The notes: generated by a model from the letters alone, not told the origin. A stretch of DNA of 57,962 bases from a virus (IMGVR_UViG_3300048834_000191:1-57962); one strand, 5' to 3'. Counted from the first letter of the stretch, positions 18,355 through 29,080 are shown. Made by a program: numbers and translations.

Positions 18355-19245
18355 TTATGGAAGCGACGGGTCGCGGTACTGCTTGAAAGCGTTGTAGATG
18401 TTCTGCAGCTGCGTGGACGAAAGCGCCGTATCGAAGAATGCGAGATGGCTGATTTGACACGTGCTTGGCGTGCCGCTGCCACCGAATTGCTGCCAAGGGC
18501 TTCGGTCGGGGTACTCTCGTTTACCACCAGCGTCGGTAGATGGGTTGGTATCCCCATCACCCCAAGAAGCAGCTGTGTTGTTAGACGCATCGTTTACGCG
18601 AAAGTGCTGCTCACCATTTTTGATTGACGCCATGACCATGAGAAAATTCTGATCGGAAATGTCCAGGCCGGTATCGACCCCGGCGGCGTTCTTACTGTTA
18701 TTGCTGGTCGCTCGATAAACGGCATACATGCGTTTGTTAGTTTTGAAATTGTCAAATCCGTTTGGGTATCCGTTCCCATTCCCACGATGGAGTGCAAATC
18801 CCTTGGTCACATTGCTGCCATTGATAACTACGCCGGTCGAAATCACCGATAATGCCACTGTTGCGGTGCCTGGGGTCTTCAAGCCAACAATCACACTGAA
18901 GTTTGCCGCCGCCGTATGCCACGGGTCCATGAAATTGAAAGACGCATCTGGTATCAACTGTTGATAATGATTACCGATTCCAAACATGCCGATTTGAAAG
19001 TATTCGCTCGGGCTGCGGCCATCTGGCGTCCCGTTGAAAATCCCCAGCTTGTCGGTCGGAACAATCATATCTCTGTCATTGCCAGAAAGATCATACCAGG
19101 TATCGCCTGAACCTGGGTAAGAGTCGCCAGCGCCAGCATCAAGACAGCACAACGTATTGCTGCCTAGCCCTTGGAGGTTCAGAATATCCATCAGTGTGGG
19201 AGCTTTATTTTTGCCCCCCAGACTTCCCCATCCGTAACGTGTCAC
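18355..19245 (-). CDS. LamG/concanavalin-like tail protein
   Basis: LDAG..SYPGSG.TWYDLSGN; FFDTALS..Q..IYNA. Confidence 0.75.
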   Translation of the reverse strand: MTRYGWGSLGGKNKAPTLMDILNLQGLGSNTLCCLDAGAGDSYPGSGDTWYDLSGNDRDMIVPTDKLGIFNGTPDGRSPSEYFQIGMFGIGNHYQQLIPDASFNFMDPWHTAAANFSVIVGLKTPGTATVALSVISTGVVINGSNVTKGFALHRGNGNGYPNGFDNFKTNKRMYAVYRATSNNSKNAAGVDTGLDISDQNFLMVMASIKNGEQHFRVNDASNNTAASWGDGDTNPSTDAGGKREYPDRSPWQQFGGSGTPSTCQISHLAFFDTALSSTQLQNIYNAFKQYRDPSLP

Positions 19246-19248
19246 GGC

Positions 19249-20304
19249 TTAAGCCTTCAACGAGCCAGACAGCTTCCAAACATTCGTAGCCGTTTTGACA
19301 ATCATCGCCGTTGAATGTTGTGCATTCAGCTTGAGAAACGAGCTTTCGGAATTTATCGTGACACCCGCTTCCGCTTGTAGGACGACCTCGCCCGCACCGG
19401 AACGGCTTAGATCAATCTGCGCCCCTACCGGGATAGCTACCGTGCCGTTTGCCGGAACAGTGATGGTAACAGTGCCAGCATTGTTGAAATCAACAGGACG
19501 CCCAACATCGGAAGCCGCGAACGTGTAAGACGTGCCGGTTTGGAAATTAATATCCCGAACAGTCCCGGTTCGCTCGCCAACTGTTTGCCAACCCGAGCCG
19601 TTCCACTCCAAGCGAAACACATGAAAGGCGTAAGCCGTTTTCGACGCAGCACCATCAATCGTATCCGAGCCGTTTGGACTGATCGTGCAGCGCCCCGCAA
19701 ATGCGCCCTCGAAATCGATATAATCGCCTTCAGACAGCCCGCTCCCCGCCGGCAATGTATGCGTCTTGGCGGCGGTTAGCTTGTGAACTTTGGTAAGTGA
19801 ATTTGTAGTTAGAGTCGTATTGTCTGAAAGCGTAACGACCGGGAAGCGTGCAGAGTCAGGCGTCGCAAATCCCATAGAGCCGTTGCCGACGCGCAGGAAC
19901 TTTCCAATATCAGAGGGCGTCGGAGCCGGAACTAGGCCTTTAACACCGTTTGCCGAAGGGGAGGAAGTCGGCCCCTGCACTGTGCCGAGCAACGACAACA
20001 GAGTCGTCATCGAAGATGGATTCGGAACACCGTTATCGTCGAAGATCGGAACCTGGTTCTCGTTCCCCTTCTGCATCTTGAAAAGGGGAATATCCTGCGA
20101 GCCATCAACGGCGGCACCACACATAATCCATACCGGCGGTGAGAAATTGGTATTCAGATAGACGGTGCCGAGGCCAGCCCAATCGGGGCGAGTCGTGCCG
20201 GAATAGTTATCGAGAAACGAAGTCCAGAAGTTAGAAAGCAAAGCCGCTAGCTGCGAGCCGGAAGTGACATTGGGATTAATCGTCCCAATCGGATTGCGAG
20301 ACAT
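19249..20304 (-). CDS. Tail fibre / tail tip accessory protein
   Basis: G.KGLVPAP, PNGSDTIDG, QTGTSYT..SD.G modules; follows J. Confidence 0.75.
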   Translation of the reverse strand: MSRNPIGTINPNVTSGSQLAALLSNFWTSFLDNYSGTTRPDWAGLGTVYLNTNFSPPVWIMCGAAVDGSQDIPLFKMQKGNENQVPIFDDNGVPNPSSMTTLLSLLGTVQGPTSSPSANGVKGLVPAPTPSDIGKFLRVGNGSMGFATPDSARFPVVTLSDNTTLTTNSLTKVHKLTAAKTHTLPAGSGLSEGDYIDFEGAFAGRCTISPNGSDTIDGAASKTAYAFHVFRLEWNGSGWQTVGERTGTVRDINFQTGTSYTFAASDVGRPVDFNNAGTVTITVPANGTVAIPVGAQIDLSRSGAGEVVLQAEAGVTINSESSFLKLNAQHSTAMIVKTATNVWKLSGSLKA

Positions 20305-23300
20305 TAAGCGGTCACCTTCCCATATCCTTTCGCGACGTAACCAAAGGTGCGCTCCTGCGAGACACCAGCCGCGTTGAAAAATTCAATATCAAAGCCATCT
20401 TCGGCCTCGTTAGATTTTGTGTAGTAATCACCAGTCGCCATATCGCGGGCATTGATGCCAACACCAGGAACGGCCTTGAAGCGTGGAACGTAAGTCACTC
20501 GCAAACCGCCATCAGGGCAGGTAAGCGCATCCTCCGCGACAACGCGGTCGGGCATATCAATCGAAATATCCATGTTGAGAACGCGCGGCGAAATGCCAAT
20601 GCGGTTTGTTCTCAGCGTAACGCGAAAATCAAAGCCTCGCGCCGAGTAGTCGCCCACCCTAAATTCCTCCCAATCGCTCCATGATGGAGCCGGAGAAACG
20701 GAGAGCGGATCGTCATTCGTGGTGCGAACCTCAAGAAGTACCGACCATTCTGAAGGATCGATGTTGGAAAGAGATGCAACGTCAGACAGGCGAACCCAGC
20801 TAGAAATCGCTTCAAGGTCGTTCGTCGCATCAACGCGCAATAGAACCGAGACGCGGCTGGTATAGACCTCCGAGAGATCAATCGGCTGGTCAATCTGATA
20901 CGAGCCGACAGTCGTTCCGCCGCCGACACCGAAAGCCAATTCAGGCACGTCTTCCAAGTGCGGCCAGTCGCCAATGTCATCCTCAAAATCGAGGCGTAGC
21001 GCATTGGTGAAATCGACTATCGTATCCGTTCGGCTTCCAGTCCAGCCCGGCTCTTCCTCTTCATTGAAGACCGCATTGAAATTCAGCGCGCCAGAAATGG
21101 TGGAAACAACAGCCGCCGCATTAATGCTGGCTATGCCCTGCCGAGTAACGCCCTTGACGAAATACGTTCCAGACATGGCCGGGACTTGCGCGGATGTGCC
21201 GGCAATGCGCGGAAGCAGAATGGACGATGTGCCATATTGAGCGGAGAACACATCGGGAGAGAACCTGATTTCGTAATGATCGAGATTCAGCGCCTCCACG
21301 GCGTCCCATGACGCCGTAGCCGTCTCACCCAGTACCGATAGCTTGAAATTCTGCACATCATCGGGAGGTGCAAGCAGGCCGTCTAGAGATAGAGTTGTAG
21401 TCTGTGCCCACGGCGAGGCGCGTCCCAGTGAGTCAAGTGCGCGAACGCGAAAGACGAAATTCCCCGACCCAACATTATCAATATCAATGGACGGGGTATT
21501 TGACCTTCCACCATCCTGAAACAGTTCGCCCTCACCTGCATACTGGACTTCAAACAAGGCAACGCGAGCATCCTGCGGCGGCGTCCATGAGACGGTAACG
21601 CGCTGAGCTGCGGTAGAACCGCCAACCAGAACCAGCTTGTCAGAAACCGTAATAAGCGAAGGGGCCTTAATCGGCCCCGTAGGTATCGCTGAATATGAAT
21701 CGGTGTCTAGCGTTACGCCTAGATCAATCCTGTCATATTTATTTGGATCGTGAATTATCGCGCTGAAATCAAACTGGTGCGGTGCGCTTTCTTTCAACCC
21801 GACAAGAAAGAACGGTCTTGGTTTTACGCCGCCACCGGATAATGACCAAATGGCACCGGGAACCGGCGTATCGGGCAATGGCGTATCGAAATGCAATTCA
21901 TCAGTCGCTCCCTCGCCGTCAGTAACATCGCGAGTAACCGCCGTGCCGTCTGGCATCGTGATCGAGACTAAGAAATCATCGCTGCTCGTGAGCGTGACAG
22001 GAGCATCCAGCGTGATCCCAACGATGGCGTCAGGAGAAGACGAATAGATAAACGATTTAATGCGGCCCGACCGACGAATACCGGCATAGGCCGGATCGTT
22101 GATCGGAATGATATTGCCGGGACGGAATTTGGCCTGATCGAAGCTGGCCGACCATGCAACCGTTTCGGCTTGGGCTTCCGTATTCAGGAACCACAGACCG
22201 ACTCGATGCGCCTGCCCGCGAGACGTGCAACCGACAGCTACTATCTCCTGAACCTTGCGCCCGATCTTCTGAATCAGTGCCCGATCTTCGACGACTTCAA
22301 TTTTCTGGTTGCCAGTGTCTTCCTGATCAAACCAAGTAACATGGACAACCGAATGCCGCGTCTTTTGCGAGACGCCAGCATAGGTAAAGCCCTCGACAAG
22401 CGTATTTGCCTGCGAGATAGGCGCAACCGGCTCGGTCGGCATGTCAGCCGCAAACGTAATCGTGCCTCCACCCCAGTAAGGCTGCGCACGGATACCAGAG
22501 GCTACAGTTTGCAGAACCTTCCACGCATCTTCGGCTGCAGTAATCGCGCCGTTGAATGTCGCTCTTGGCTCATAGCCCCCGAAACCGTCAGGCACAGTCT
22601 CATCGAAATATTGTCCGATGGAATAGAGCGCCCACTTATCGACAATCGACTCGTCGATAAACTGACCAAGCCCGCCGATCTTGTTCGTCAGAAGATCGTA
22701 GAGAACCCATGCAATTCCGTCATAGGCCGCTAACTTGAACGTGCCATCCCAAACGCCAGAATATTCCCGCGTTTCGGGATCAAGATTCGTCGGGATTTTG
22801 ATTTCAATGCCGCGCCAGTCATAGTTTCGCTGCGGGATATTATTGCCGAAATCATTGGCGTTACCGGAGATGCCGACAAGCGCACAATGTGGATAAGAAA
22901 AGCGCTCGTCAATGATCGTGGTATAGCTCGCCCAATAGGTGGCGTTCTGTAGCGTGTCCCGCGTGCTATCGTCGGTGATACGGCGGACGCGAACCGTCCA
23001 CGGCGCTGATCCCTGCAGCGGAACTCGATAACCAAGCTCGACCGGAGAGCTGGTTTTATCCGGGCCTATCGTCTCAAGTATCTTGGTGCCGAACGTGCCG
23101 CCATTAGGCTGAACATCAATGGCGAACTGGACAGATGTTTTCGGGTGATCCGCGTTATTTGAATCAATCAGCGATGGAATGCGAATCTTGACGCTAACTG
23201 CATCCACATTCTCGTCGGAGATAACGCGAGTAACTGGCGTATTCTTTTTGACTTCTGCGTTGACGCTGGTTTCCGCTTCAACGCCAGGAAATCCGTCTAG

Positions 23301-24191
23301 CGGCCCCTGATCGGGTAAACCATTCCGCGTCTCAACGACGATGTTGTAATAATTAAATGAGCCATCATCATTCTGAACAGGAGTCCCGTCCAGCTTTACC
23401 GATTTAAGGCCATCAGCTAACCCACCTGAAGGCCCACGCGTAATCAGGTCAATGATGTTGACGCGCGAAACCGTGCGGAGAGAATTAGGCGTGTCGAACG
23501 GGCTAGCCTGCGAGCCGCCGGACGACTTACCGCCGCCGCCGCCAGTACCCGGCCCAGTCCAAGTAGAGGCTAGTTTGGCGGGATCGCTAGACGGATCTGC
23601 AATCCTATCCGAACTAATGCCGCCGGAGATAACAACCGAGCCAGTCCATGCGCGCCCGTAAAGACGCGGTACAGGCCCGCCCTCTGCATCAACATTGGCG
23701 GTAGAGCCGAATAGGAACGATTCTCGCTGATCGCCTGCCTTGCCGCCCTTGAGGGACGGGTTAGGGGCGAGCATTTGCGCAACGCCGGAAAGGACCAGAC
23801 CGGCACCCATCAGGGCGATATTGCCGTATGTCGTCAGCCCGAAAAGCGTGGACGCGCCAAGACCGCCAGCAGGCCCGGCAAACACGAAAGCCGCAGCCAT
23901 GATCGTAACGCCAAGGATGACCTTGAACGTAGGGCCCGCGCCTTCGGCAGCAGGAACAAAATGAATCTCCGAGCGGCCAAGACCGAACTTTAACTCATGC
24001 TCGTCAATTGCCCTGCCAGATTCCACCGGCCCGCGAATGACGTGCCATGCATCGGCAACAAGATCGTTCTGGAAACCCTTGAATTGCGAGGCGAGCGCAC
24101 GCACGGCCTCGGCGGGGTTTCTAACGTCTAGCTGAAACTCGTGGCCGTATTTTTGGGCTAGCTGGCCATGCAGATAGACCTTACGCAGCAA
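20304..24191 (-). CDS. Tail tip protein: lambda gpI-like domain fused to gpJ-like central fibre
   Basis: N-terminal VYLHG.L..YG..EAVRAL and G.PVP.LYG..GS.VIS (gpI); YPH.AL, W.LYDLLT, GCTSRGQAHR.G.W, FN3 domains (gpJ). Confidence 0.9.
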   Translation of the reverse strand: MLRKVYLHGQLAQKYGHEFQLDVRNPAEAVRALASQFKGFQNDLVADAWHVIRGPVESGRAIDEHELKFGLGRSEIHFVPAAEGAGPTFKVILGVTIMAAAFVFAGPAGGLGASTLFGLTTYGNIALMGAGLVLSGVAQMLAPNPSLKGGKAGDQRESFLFGSTANVDAEGGPVPRLYGRAWTGSVVISGGISSDRIADPSSDPAKLASTWTGPGTGGGGGKSSGGSQASPFDTPNSLRTVSRVNIIDLITRGPSGGLADGLKSVKLDGTPVQNDDGSFNYYNIVVETRNGLPDQGPLDGFPGVEAETSVNAEVKKNTPVTRVISDENVDAVSVKIRIPSLIDSNNADHPKTSVQFAIDVQPNGGTFGTKILETIGPDKTSSPVELGYRVPLQGSAPWTVRVRRITDDSTRDTLQNATYWASYTTIIDERFSYPHCALVGISGNANDFGNNIPQRNYDWRGIEIKIPTNLDPETREYSGVWDGTFKLAAYDGIAWVLYDLLTNKIGGLGQFIDESIVDKWALYSIGQYFDETVPDGFGGYEPRATFNGAITAAEDAWKVLQTVASGIRAQPYWGGGTITFAADMPTEPVAPISQANTLVEGFTYAGVSQKTRHSVVHVTWFDQEDTGNQKIEVVEDRALIQKIGRKVQEIVAVGCTSRGQAHRVGLWFLNTEAQAETVAWSASFDQAKFRPGNIIPINDPAYAGIRRSGRIKSFIYSSSPDAIVGITLDAPVTLTSSDDFLVSITMPDGTAVTRDVTDGEGATDELHFDTPLPDTPVPGAIWSLSGGGVKPRPFFLVGLKESAPHQFDFSAIIHDPNKYDRIDLGVTLDTDSYSAIPTGPIKAPSLITVSDKLVLVGGSTAAQRVTVSWTPPQDARVALFEVQYAGEGELFQDGGRSNTPSIDIDNVGSGNFVFRVRALDSLGRASPWAQTTTLSLDGLLAPPDDVQNFKLSVLGETATASWDAVEALNLDHYEIRFSPDVFSAQYGTSSILLPRIAGTSAQVPAMSGTYFVKGVTRQGIASINAAAVVSTISGALNFNAVFNEEEEPGWTGSRTDTIVDFTNALRLDFEDDIGDWPHLEDVPELAFGVGGGTTVGSYQIDQPIDLSEVYTSRVSVLLRVDATNDLEAISSWVRLSDVASLSNIDPSEWSVLLEVRTTNDDPLSVSPAPSWSDWEEFRVGDYSARGFDFRVTLRTNRIGISPRVLNMDISIDMPDRVVAEDALTCPDGGLRVTYVPRFKAVPGVGINARDMATGDYYTKSNEAEDGFDIEFFNAAGVSQERTFGYVAKGYGKVTA

Positions 24192-24897
24192 AGCGTACTG
24201 CCCGCCTTACAAATCGCTGCCAGTTATTCAGCGGCTCCCGCTTTGATAGGTTTTCCGGGCTTCCGCCGGCGTGATGCAGAATGAGATTGTTTGCTTCCAA
24301 TACGGCGCAATGATTAGGAACGCGGGCACCAATCTGCATGATCAAAATGTCATTCTCTTTCGCTTCGCTCGTATCAATTTGAAAACAGCCGGCAGCTTCC
24401 ATGCTTTCGGAAATCAGGTCTTTTGGCTCGATGCCATCCCGCTTCTTCCACCATTCGTTATCGCGCGGAAATTCGGGCATCTTGATTTTGAACTTCTGCC
24501 AGCGCCATGAACGCACCAGCGAATAACAATCGAATACACCGTGCATGAACTTTCGGCCCAAGAGCGGAACATCCAGAAGATGATCGCCAAGCCACAGAGG
24601 CCCATGAGCGGCCTTGCCGTTCGTCCAGACGATGCCCCAAGGTATTGCTGTTCTAATCATGCCCTGCATATCGAGGGCTGATGGATGCGGCCCATCGCCG
24701 TTTTGCGCAACGTGGCTATGCACGATGGCCTCAGCGCCTATTAATAATTCCGGTTTGATCTTGAACGAGCGTTGTGGGTTATCAGCGATGTTTTCGCATT
24801 CGATATACTGGCCCCCTCTGATAACAGCGCAGCACTCATTTGGGCTTTTGCGTATAGCGTGCTTGCGGGCAGCCAAGTCAACTTCTTCACCGAACAT
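24181..24897 (-). CDS. Tail assembly protein K (JAB + NlpC/P60)
   Basis: HSH..PS..D; DCYSLVR; NHCAV..ILHH. Confidence 0.9.
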   Translation of the reverse strand: MFGEEVDLAARKHAIRKSPNECCAVIRGGQYIECENIADNPQRSFKIKPELLIGAEAIVHSHVAQNGDGPHPSALDMQGMIRTAIPWGIVWTNGKAAHGPLWLGDHLLDVPLLGRKFMHGVFDCYSLVRSWRWQKFKIKMPEFPRDNEWWKKRDGIEPKDLISESMEAAGCFQIDTSEAKENDILIMQIGARVPNHCAVLEANNLILHHAGGSPENLSKREPLNNWQRFVRRAVRFAA

Positions 24898-25631
24898 TAT
24901 TGTCTAATCCGCGCAACGCCGGGGAACCCGCCAAAAGGAAGCGAGCCAGTTGGAAATCTTTTTTTGCAATCCGAAACGCGCTTGCCGCATACATCAAGAG
25001 ACGGAACGGAAGTGGAATTACCATTCACGTCGAACATATCAACGCCGACATACGGGCAGCCAATGACTTTGGAATAATCGTATTCGCTGCCGTCCCAGAA
25101 CCGATAGGTCCACTGGCAGGAGTTTTTCAGGACGGCATCGGTCGGCAGTAAAACGCCCTGCTGATCTATGGGAGAGGCTAATTCGTATTCAACAATCGTT
25201 TTTGTCTGAAGCGATTTGCGGTCTATCTTGAAAACGTCAACCTGATAATGGCTATCGGGGTCTGCCTCTGGCTTTCCGTCAAGGAACCGATCAAACGTGC
25301 GCCAGCGAGTAAGCGTGGCACCTACCAGATCGTTGTATTGGATATTCAATCCAGTAAATGAAAGATCGACGTTCGCCGTTCGGAATTTAGGTGTTGGTGC
25401 TGGCCCATCGCCGCCCCACTCCCATCCATCGGTTTCAAACGGGTGCGGAGTGTAGATATTACCCCGCCAAGTAACGGCCTCTGGAATAACCTCGCCGCTG
25501 GCAAACGTCACCAATGGCGCTGGAACGAGATAAAGAACAACACCGCCCAATGCGGTTAGATCAATGTCTATCAGTTCAACATGAGAGCCAAGTGAGGCTT
25601 TTTGAACATGCGCCTCAAGAGACAATATCAA
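24897..25631 (-). CDS. Minor tail protein L
   Basis: CQWTY..C.Y..D.CGKR.SDC..RF..FGGFPG. Confidence 0.9.
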   Translation of the reverse strand: MILSLEAHVQKASLGSHVELIDIDLTALGGVVLYLVPAPLVTFASGEVIPEAVTWRGNIYTPHPFETDGWEWGGDGPAPTPKFRTANVDLSFTGLNIQYNDLVGATLTRWRTFDRFLDGKPEADPDSHYQVDVFKIDRKSLQTKTIVEYELASPIDQQGVLLPTDAVLKNSCQWTYRFWDGSEYDYSKVIGCPYVGVDMFDVNGNSTSVPSLDVCGKRVSDCKKRFPTGSLPFGGFPGVARIRQ

Positions 25632-25968
25632 ACACCTCTTTCAGCGTAGCGGAGTAAGAACCGCCCACGCCATATTCATATCCATTCCGCCAGCCAGCGC
25701 ACGTCCACATGCGTTGCGCACTATCGCCCGCTACCCAATACAGAAACGCCTCGTCCCCACCGTGGGCCTCGAAGAAGGAATCAAGGTCTGCGGCTTCGTC
25801 GAATGTGAGATAATCCCAATTCAGAACAAGAGAGCGAGAGATGGAGTTGATCCCATCCCTCGCCCGCTGAGAATATCCGTCGCCAAATTGTGCCGTGTTG
25901 ACAGCCGCCGATGTGGTTCTATTTGTTCCGCTGGTCTGCGGGGTGACGGACGGATTAAAGGTATCCAT
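25615..25968 (-). CDS. Minor tail protein M (distal tail)
   Basis: FGDGYSQR..DGIN; FF..HGG..F.W. Confidence 0.9.
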   Translation of the reverse strand: MDTFNPSVTPQTSGTNRTTSAAVNTAQFGDGYSQRARDGINSISRSLVLNWDYLTFDEAADLDSFFEAHGGDEAFLYWVAGDSAQRMWTCAGWRNGYEYGVGGSYSATLKEVFDIVS

Positions 25969-28016
25969 TAAATAGCGGACGCCCTGTTGAGATCGCCGCC
26001 GGGGCGCTGTTGCTTGATTAGCTCACTACGCACCATGCCGCGCACGGTGCCCTCAAGAGCCTTGGCCACAGATGATGCCCGAGTCGCGCCGGTTGGGTCG
26101 TTGCCGTTCGGGTCTTCCGGCAGTGAAATTTGCATCCCGCTCATGTCTATGTAGGTATCGCCTGATTTGGCACCGTCAGCCCTAACGCCGAGCTTCCCGC
26201 CGATACGAGTAAGCGGCATGATCGCTTCCGCGCCAGCCTCGCCCATCAAGCCAATGCCTTTGGCGAACGGGAAGATCGTTGGGCGGTCCACAATCTGGTT
26301 GCTGAAAGCGGAAATACCGGGGCCAGATTGCACACCGCCATCTGCATAAAGTGCGCCAAGAGAGCTAGGAACGCCTACAGAAGCCGATACCGCAGATGCA
26401 CCAGTGAACGGTGACAGGATCGACATAAGCCCGCGAGCAATGGGGGCGGCAATCGTCATATTCACAATCATCTGCTCGATGGAGCGAATGACGTTAAGGC
26501 CCATCTGCCGGAAAGCATCGCCAGCCTTTGTTGCACCGGATGCGAGATCGACAAGCGGCCCTGAAATTCCATTAGTAATCCCCTGCCCCAACTGATCGAG
26601 CTGAATACGAATATCTTTCGATTGCAGCTCTAGTTGTTTCAATCCGGGGAGTGCAGCAGCGGCAACCTCGTTATTCATACGAAGCTGCTCGGTCTGCTTG
26701 CGGTAGGCTTCTGTTTGTTCTGCGATTGCGCGTTGGGCGGGAGGAATAGAGGCGAGAATCTGCTTACGAATGTCAGCCTCAGTGGCGAGGCCGTATTGGA
26801 GGCGAACGCTGGCGTCAGCCGCGTCTTTCTTCAGGGCGACTTCAGAAATGATTGCTTGTCTGACCGACGCCGAAACACTCACGCCGTTCAACGAAGCGAT
26901 ATTAAGCTCATTCTGCTTTTGCGTAACTAGATCGGTCTTTGTCGCAAGGTCGCCAAGCAGCGAAATGCGCTGATTGATTAGCTGCATTTGCGCGATCTGA
27001 ACCTGAGGATTATTGGCGGGTGAAGATTTTCCGCCCTGATCCGATATAAATCTGTCAATGCCGGAGAAGTCAGAAAAATCAGCGTTCTTTCCAGTTGCGC
27101 CATTTTGCAACCGAACGCTAAGGAGGTTCTTTGCGACCGCGCCGTTGGTAATTTTATTCAGAAACTGATCGGCCTCGTCGCTTAAGCGAGAGAAGAAACC
27201 AGTAAGTGAAAGAAACGCGGACTGGCCGTCTTGCTTGAAGTTAGTCCAAGCAATGTTCCATTTCCTGCTAAAATTTTCCGCCTGTCTCGCCAGATTCTCA
27301 AATGCAGGATCAGTTGCCGCCTGAACCTGCGCACGCAAAGCAGCGCCGCCCTGCTCATACAGCCGGACATTTTCTCTCGTTGCAGAGATACCCGCTTGCT
27401 GCAGGATGCTCAGCTTGTCCCACTCCGTGCGGGCATTGCGAACCAGGTCTGCAACCTGTTCCAGGTTATCAAGCACATCTCGACGAATAGTGAGGCCGTT
27501 AGCGTGGAACAGATTTCCAAGTTCGGCGGCGTACTGGCGAGACTCATCAAGCCTGCCGGCAAATGCAGTAATATCCTTGAGAAGCGTCTGTGTATCTACG
27601 CCGTTCGCTCCAGCAACCCGCGACAGACCTCCCACCGCGTTAGTGCTAGCGCCAAGACGTGAGGAGATATCACCGAACGCCGCAAACTGCGCATTGATTT
27701 GCAATAGCGTCGAACCGAGGTTGCGTAGCTGTGTGACAGCATAACCGACAATCAAGCGCCGCGTTAGGGTATCTGCAAAGCTACGAGCGGCCTTATCCGC
27801 CGCGTTCATCTTATTGGCGGTATCGTTTACTGCGGTATTAGCAGCCCTGTATTCAGCAACGCCCTCGCGAACACCCTGAGCGAAGCCACCCGCAAAATCT
27901 CGGGCAACCTTTGTTGCGGCCTGCACCGAGACAATGAATTTGTTAGACGCGCTGGTGGCCTGATTAAAACCTTGAACTGCGCCAGAGGAATTAACTGCAA
28001 GATCAAGTGAGGCCAT
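25968..28016 (-). CDS. Tape measure protein
   Basis: 682 aa A/Q-rich helical; MGEAG.EAIMPL.R..GKLGV C-terminus. Confidence 0.9.
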   Translation of the reverse strand: MASLDLAVNSSGAVQGFNQATSASNKFIVSVQAATKVARDFAGGFAQGVREGVAEYRAANTAVNDTANKMNAADKAARSFADTLTRRLIVGYAVTQLRNLGSTLLQINAQFAAFGDISSRLGASTNAVGGLSRVAGANGVDTQTLLKDITAFAGRLDESRQYAAELGNLFHANGLTIRRDVLDNLEQVADLVRNARTEWDKLSILQQAGISATRENVRLYEQGGAALRAQVQAATDPAFENLARQAENFSRKWNIAWTNFKQDGQSAFLSLTGFFSRLSDEADQFLNKITNGAVAKNLLSVRLQNGATGKNADFSDFSGIDRFISDQGGKSSPANNPQVQIAQMQLINQRISLLGDLATKTDLVTQKQNELNIASLNGVSVSASVRQAIISEVALKKDAADASVRLQYGLATEADIRKQILASIPPAQRAIAEQTEAYRKQTEQLRMNNEVAAAALPGLKQLELQSKDIRIQLDQLGQGITNGISGPLVDLASGATKAGDAFRQMGLNVIRSIEQMIVNMTIAAPIARGLMSILSPFTGASAVSASVGVPSSLGALYADGGVQSGPGISAFSNQIVDRPTIFPFAKGIGLMGEAGAEAIMPLTRIGGKLGVRADGAKSGDTYIDMSGMQISLPEDPNGNDPTGATRASSVAKALEGTVRGMVRSELIKQQRPGGDLNRASAI

Positions 28017-28024
28017 TTATGCGT

Positions 28025-28267
28025 CTATCTTTTTCCAAAATGATTGCGTAGCGCAGAAAGTAATTTACTGGCCGGTTTTATCTCCGGCTCATTCGCGGCA
28101 GTCTTATCGTCCCCGCCGAATATTGCGCGGAGCATATCGACGCGAGCCTTATAAGCTCGCTCGATAGCCTGCATCGTGGTGTCAAGCGTTTGATCTTCTG
28201 TCCAGCCGATCCAGCCGGTGCCTAGTCCTTCAAGCCACTCGAAATAATCCGAGTGGCTTAGGCTTCC
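28025..28267 (-). CDS. Frameshift extension (gpT-like) of the tail chaperone
   Basis: -1 frame open from GGGGGAA: SLSHSDYFEWL..GWIGWTEDQTLDT..FGKR*. Confidence 0.75.
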   Translation of the reverse strand, partial: GSLSHSDYFEWLEGLGTGWIGWTEDQTLDTTMQAIERAYKARVDMLRAIFGGDDKTAANEPEIKPASKLLSALRNHFGKR

Positions 28268-28270
28268 CCC
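28232..28270 (-). promoter_or_regulatory. Programmed -1 frameshift signal
   Basis: G GGG GAA (28270-28264) then 10-bp perfect stem AAGCCACTCG/CGAGTGGCTT. Confidence 0.8.
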
Positions 28271-28584
28271 TCGCGCGGCTCGCCTTCGTTGCGCTTCGGC
28301 TCCTTGCCGCCATTGCCGAGAATACTGACAAACCTAGAAAGCGGTTCGGCTAGAGGCTCCATGCCGGTAGCCCACACATCATCTTCAATATCGGTGCGGC
28401 GCTTCTTTAAGCCAGCACAAACAACCGTGATATATGCCTCAAGATCGCCAGATGCCAATTTGGTTATTGCGCCAGCAATCCCGCCGAGCAGATTTACTTC
28501 TTTGGCTGCCCTCAAGGTTGGACGCAAAACCTCTCTGCGCCCATTCAATTCAATCTCAACTTCACCGGGATTCACTGGCATCAA
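28258..28584 (-). CDS. Tail assembly chaperone (gpG-like)
   Basis: Between tail tube and tape measure; LRPTL.A motif. Confidence 0.8.
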   Translation of the reverse strand: MMPVNPGEVEIELNGRREVLRPTLRAAKEVNLLGGIAGAITKLASGDLEAYITVVCAGLKKRRTDIEDDVWATGMEPLAEPLSRFVSILGNGGKEPKRNEGEPREGEA

Positions 28585-28593
28585 TCACCTTAA

Positions 28594-29046
28594 TTAGCTT
28601 GCGGAAACTTCGCTATATGTCGCCGGGTTCACGCCGATATTGACGGTAGCGCCAACCGGGTTATTCGGCCCGCCCATATCGACGGTGTAGGACATAACCT
28701 TGCCCTCAAACGTGATCGTGGTCGGGTTCGTCAGCGGCGCAATATCGTCGTTGAGCACAATCTTGAAATTGTAGTCATCGTCGCTATCCGCTGCGGTCTT
28801 GATAAGCGCCTGCCCGGAATCTTCTGGATCGCGGTTGAGCTTCACCTGCAACTGCGTAGAAGTCTTCGTGCCCTTCAGTGTGCGCTCATTGCGGTCGCCA
28901 ATCGAGGTAATCGTGATCGGCGTATAATTCGGGCCGACCGAACCGAGATCGTTGATCTCGCCAACTTCAACAAAAGTATCGGGCGAAGGCGAAGCGCCCG
29001 GAGGCGCAATATAAAGTTTAGAACCGGCGGTTGCTCCAACGGCCAT
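28594..29046 (-). CDS. Major tail tube protein
   Basis: GSKLYI..VGEI..G..G; LKG; D.GQ; F.GKV.S. Confidence 0.85.
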   Translation of the reverse strand: MAVGATAGSKLYIAPPGASPSPDTFVEVGEINDLGSVGPNYTPITITSIGDRNERTLKGTKTSTQLQVKLNRDPEDSGQALIKTAADSDDDYNFKIVLNDDIAPLTNPTTITFEGKVMSYTVDMGGPNNPVGATVNIGVNPATYSEVSAS

Positions 29047-29080
29047 TTAATCAATCTCCATAATATAAAGTGATCGGCTG

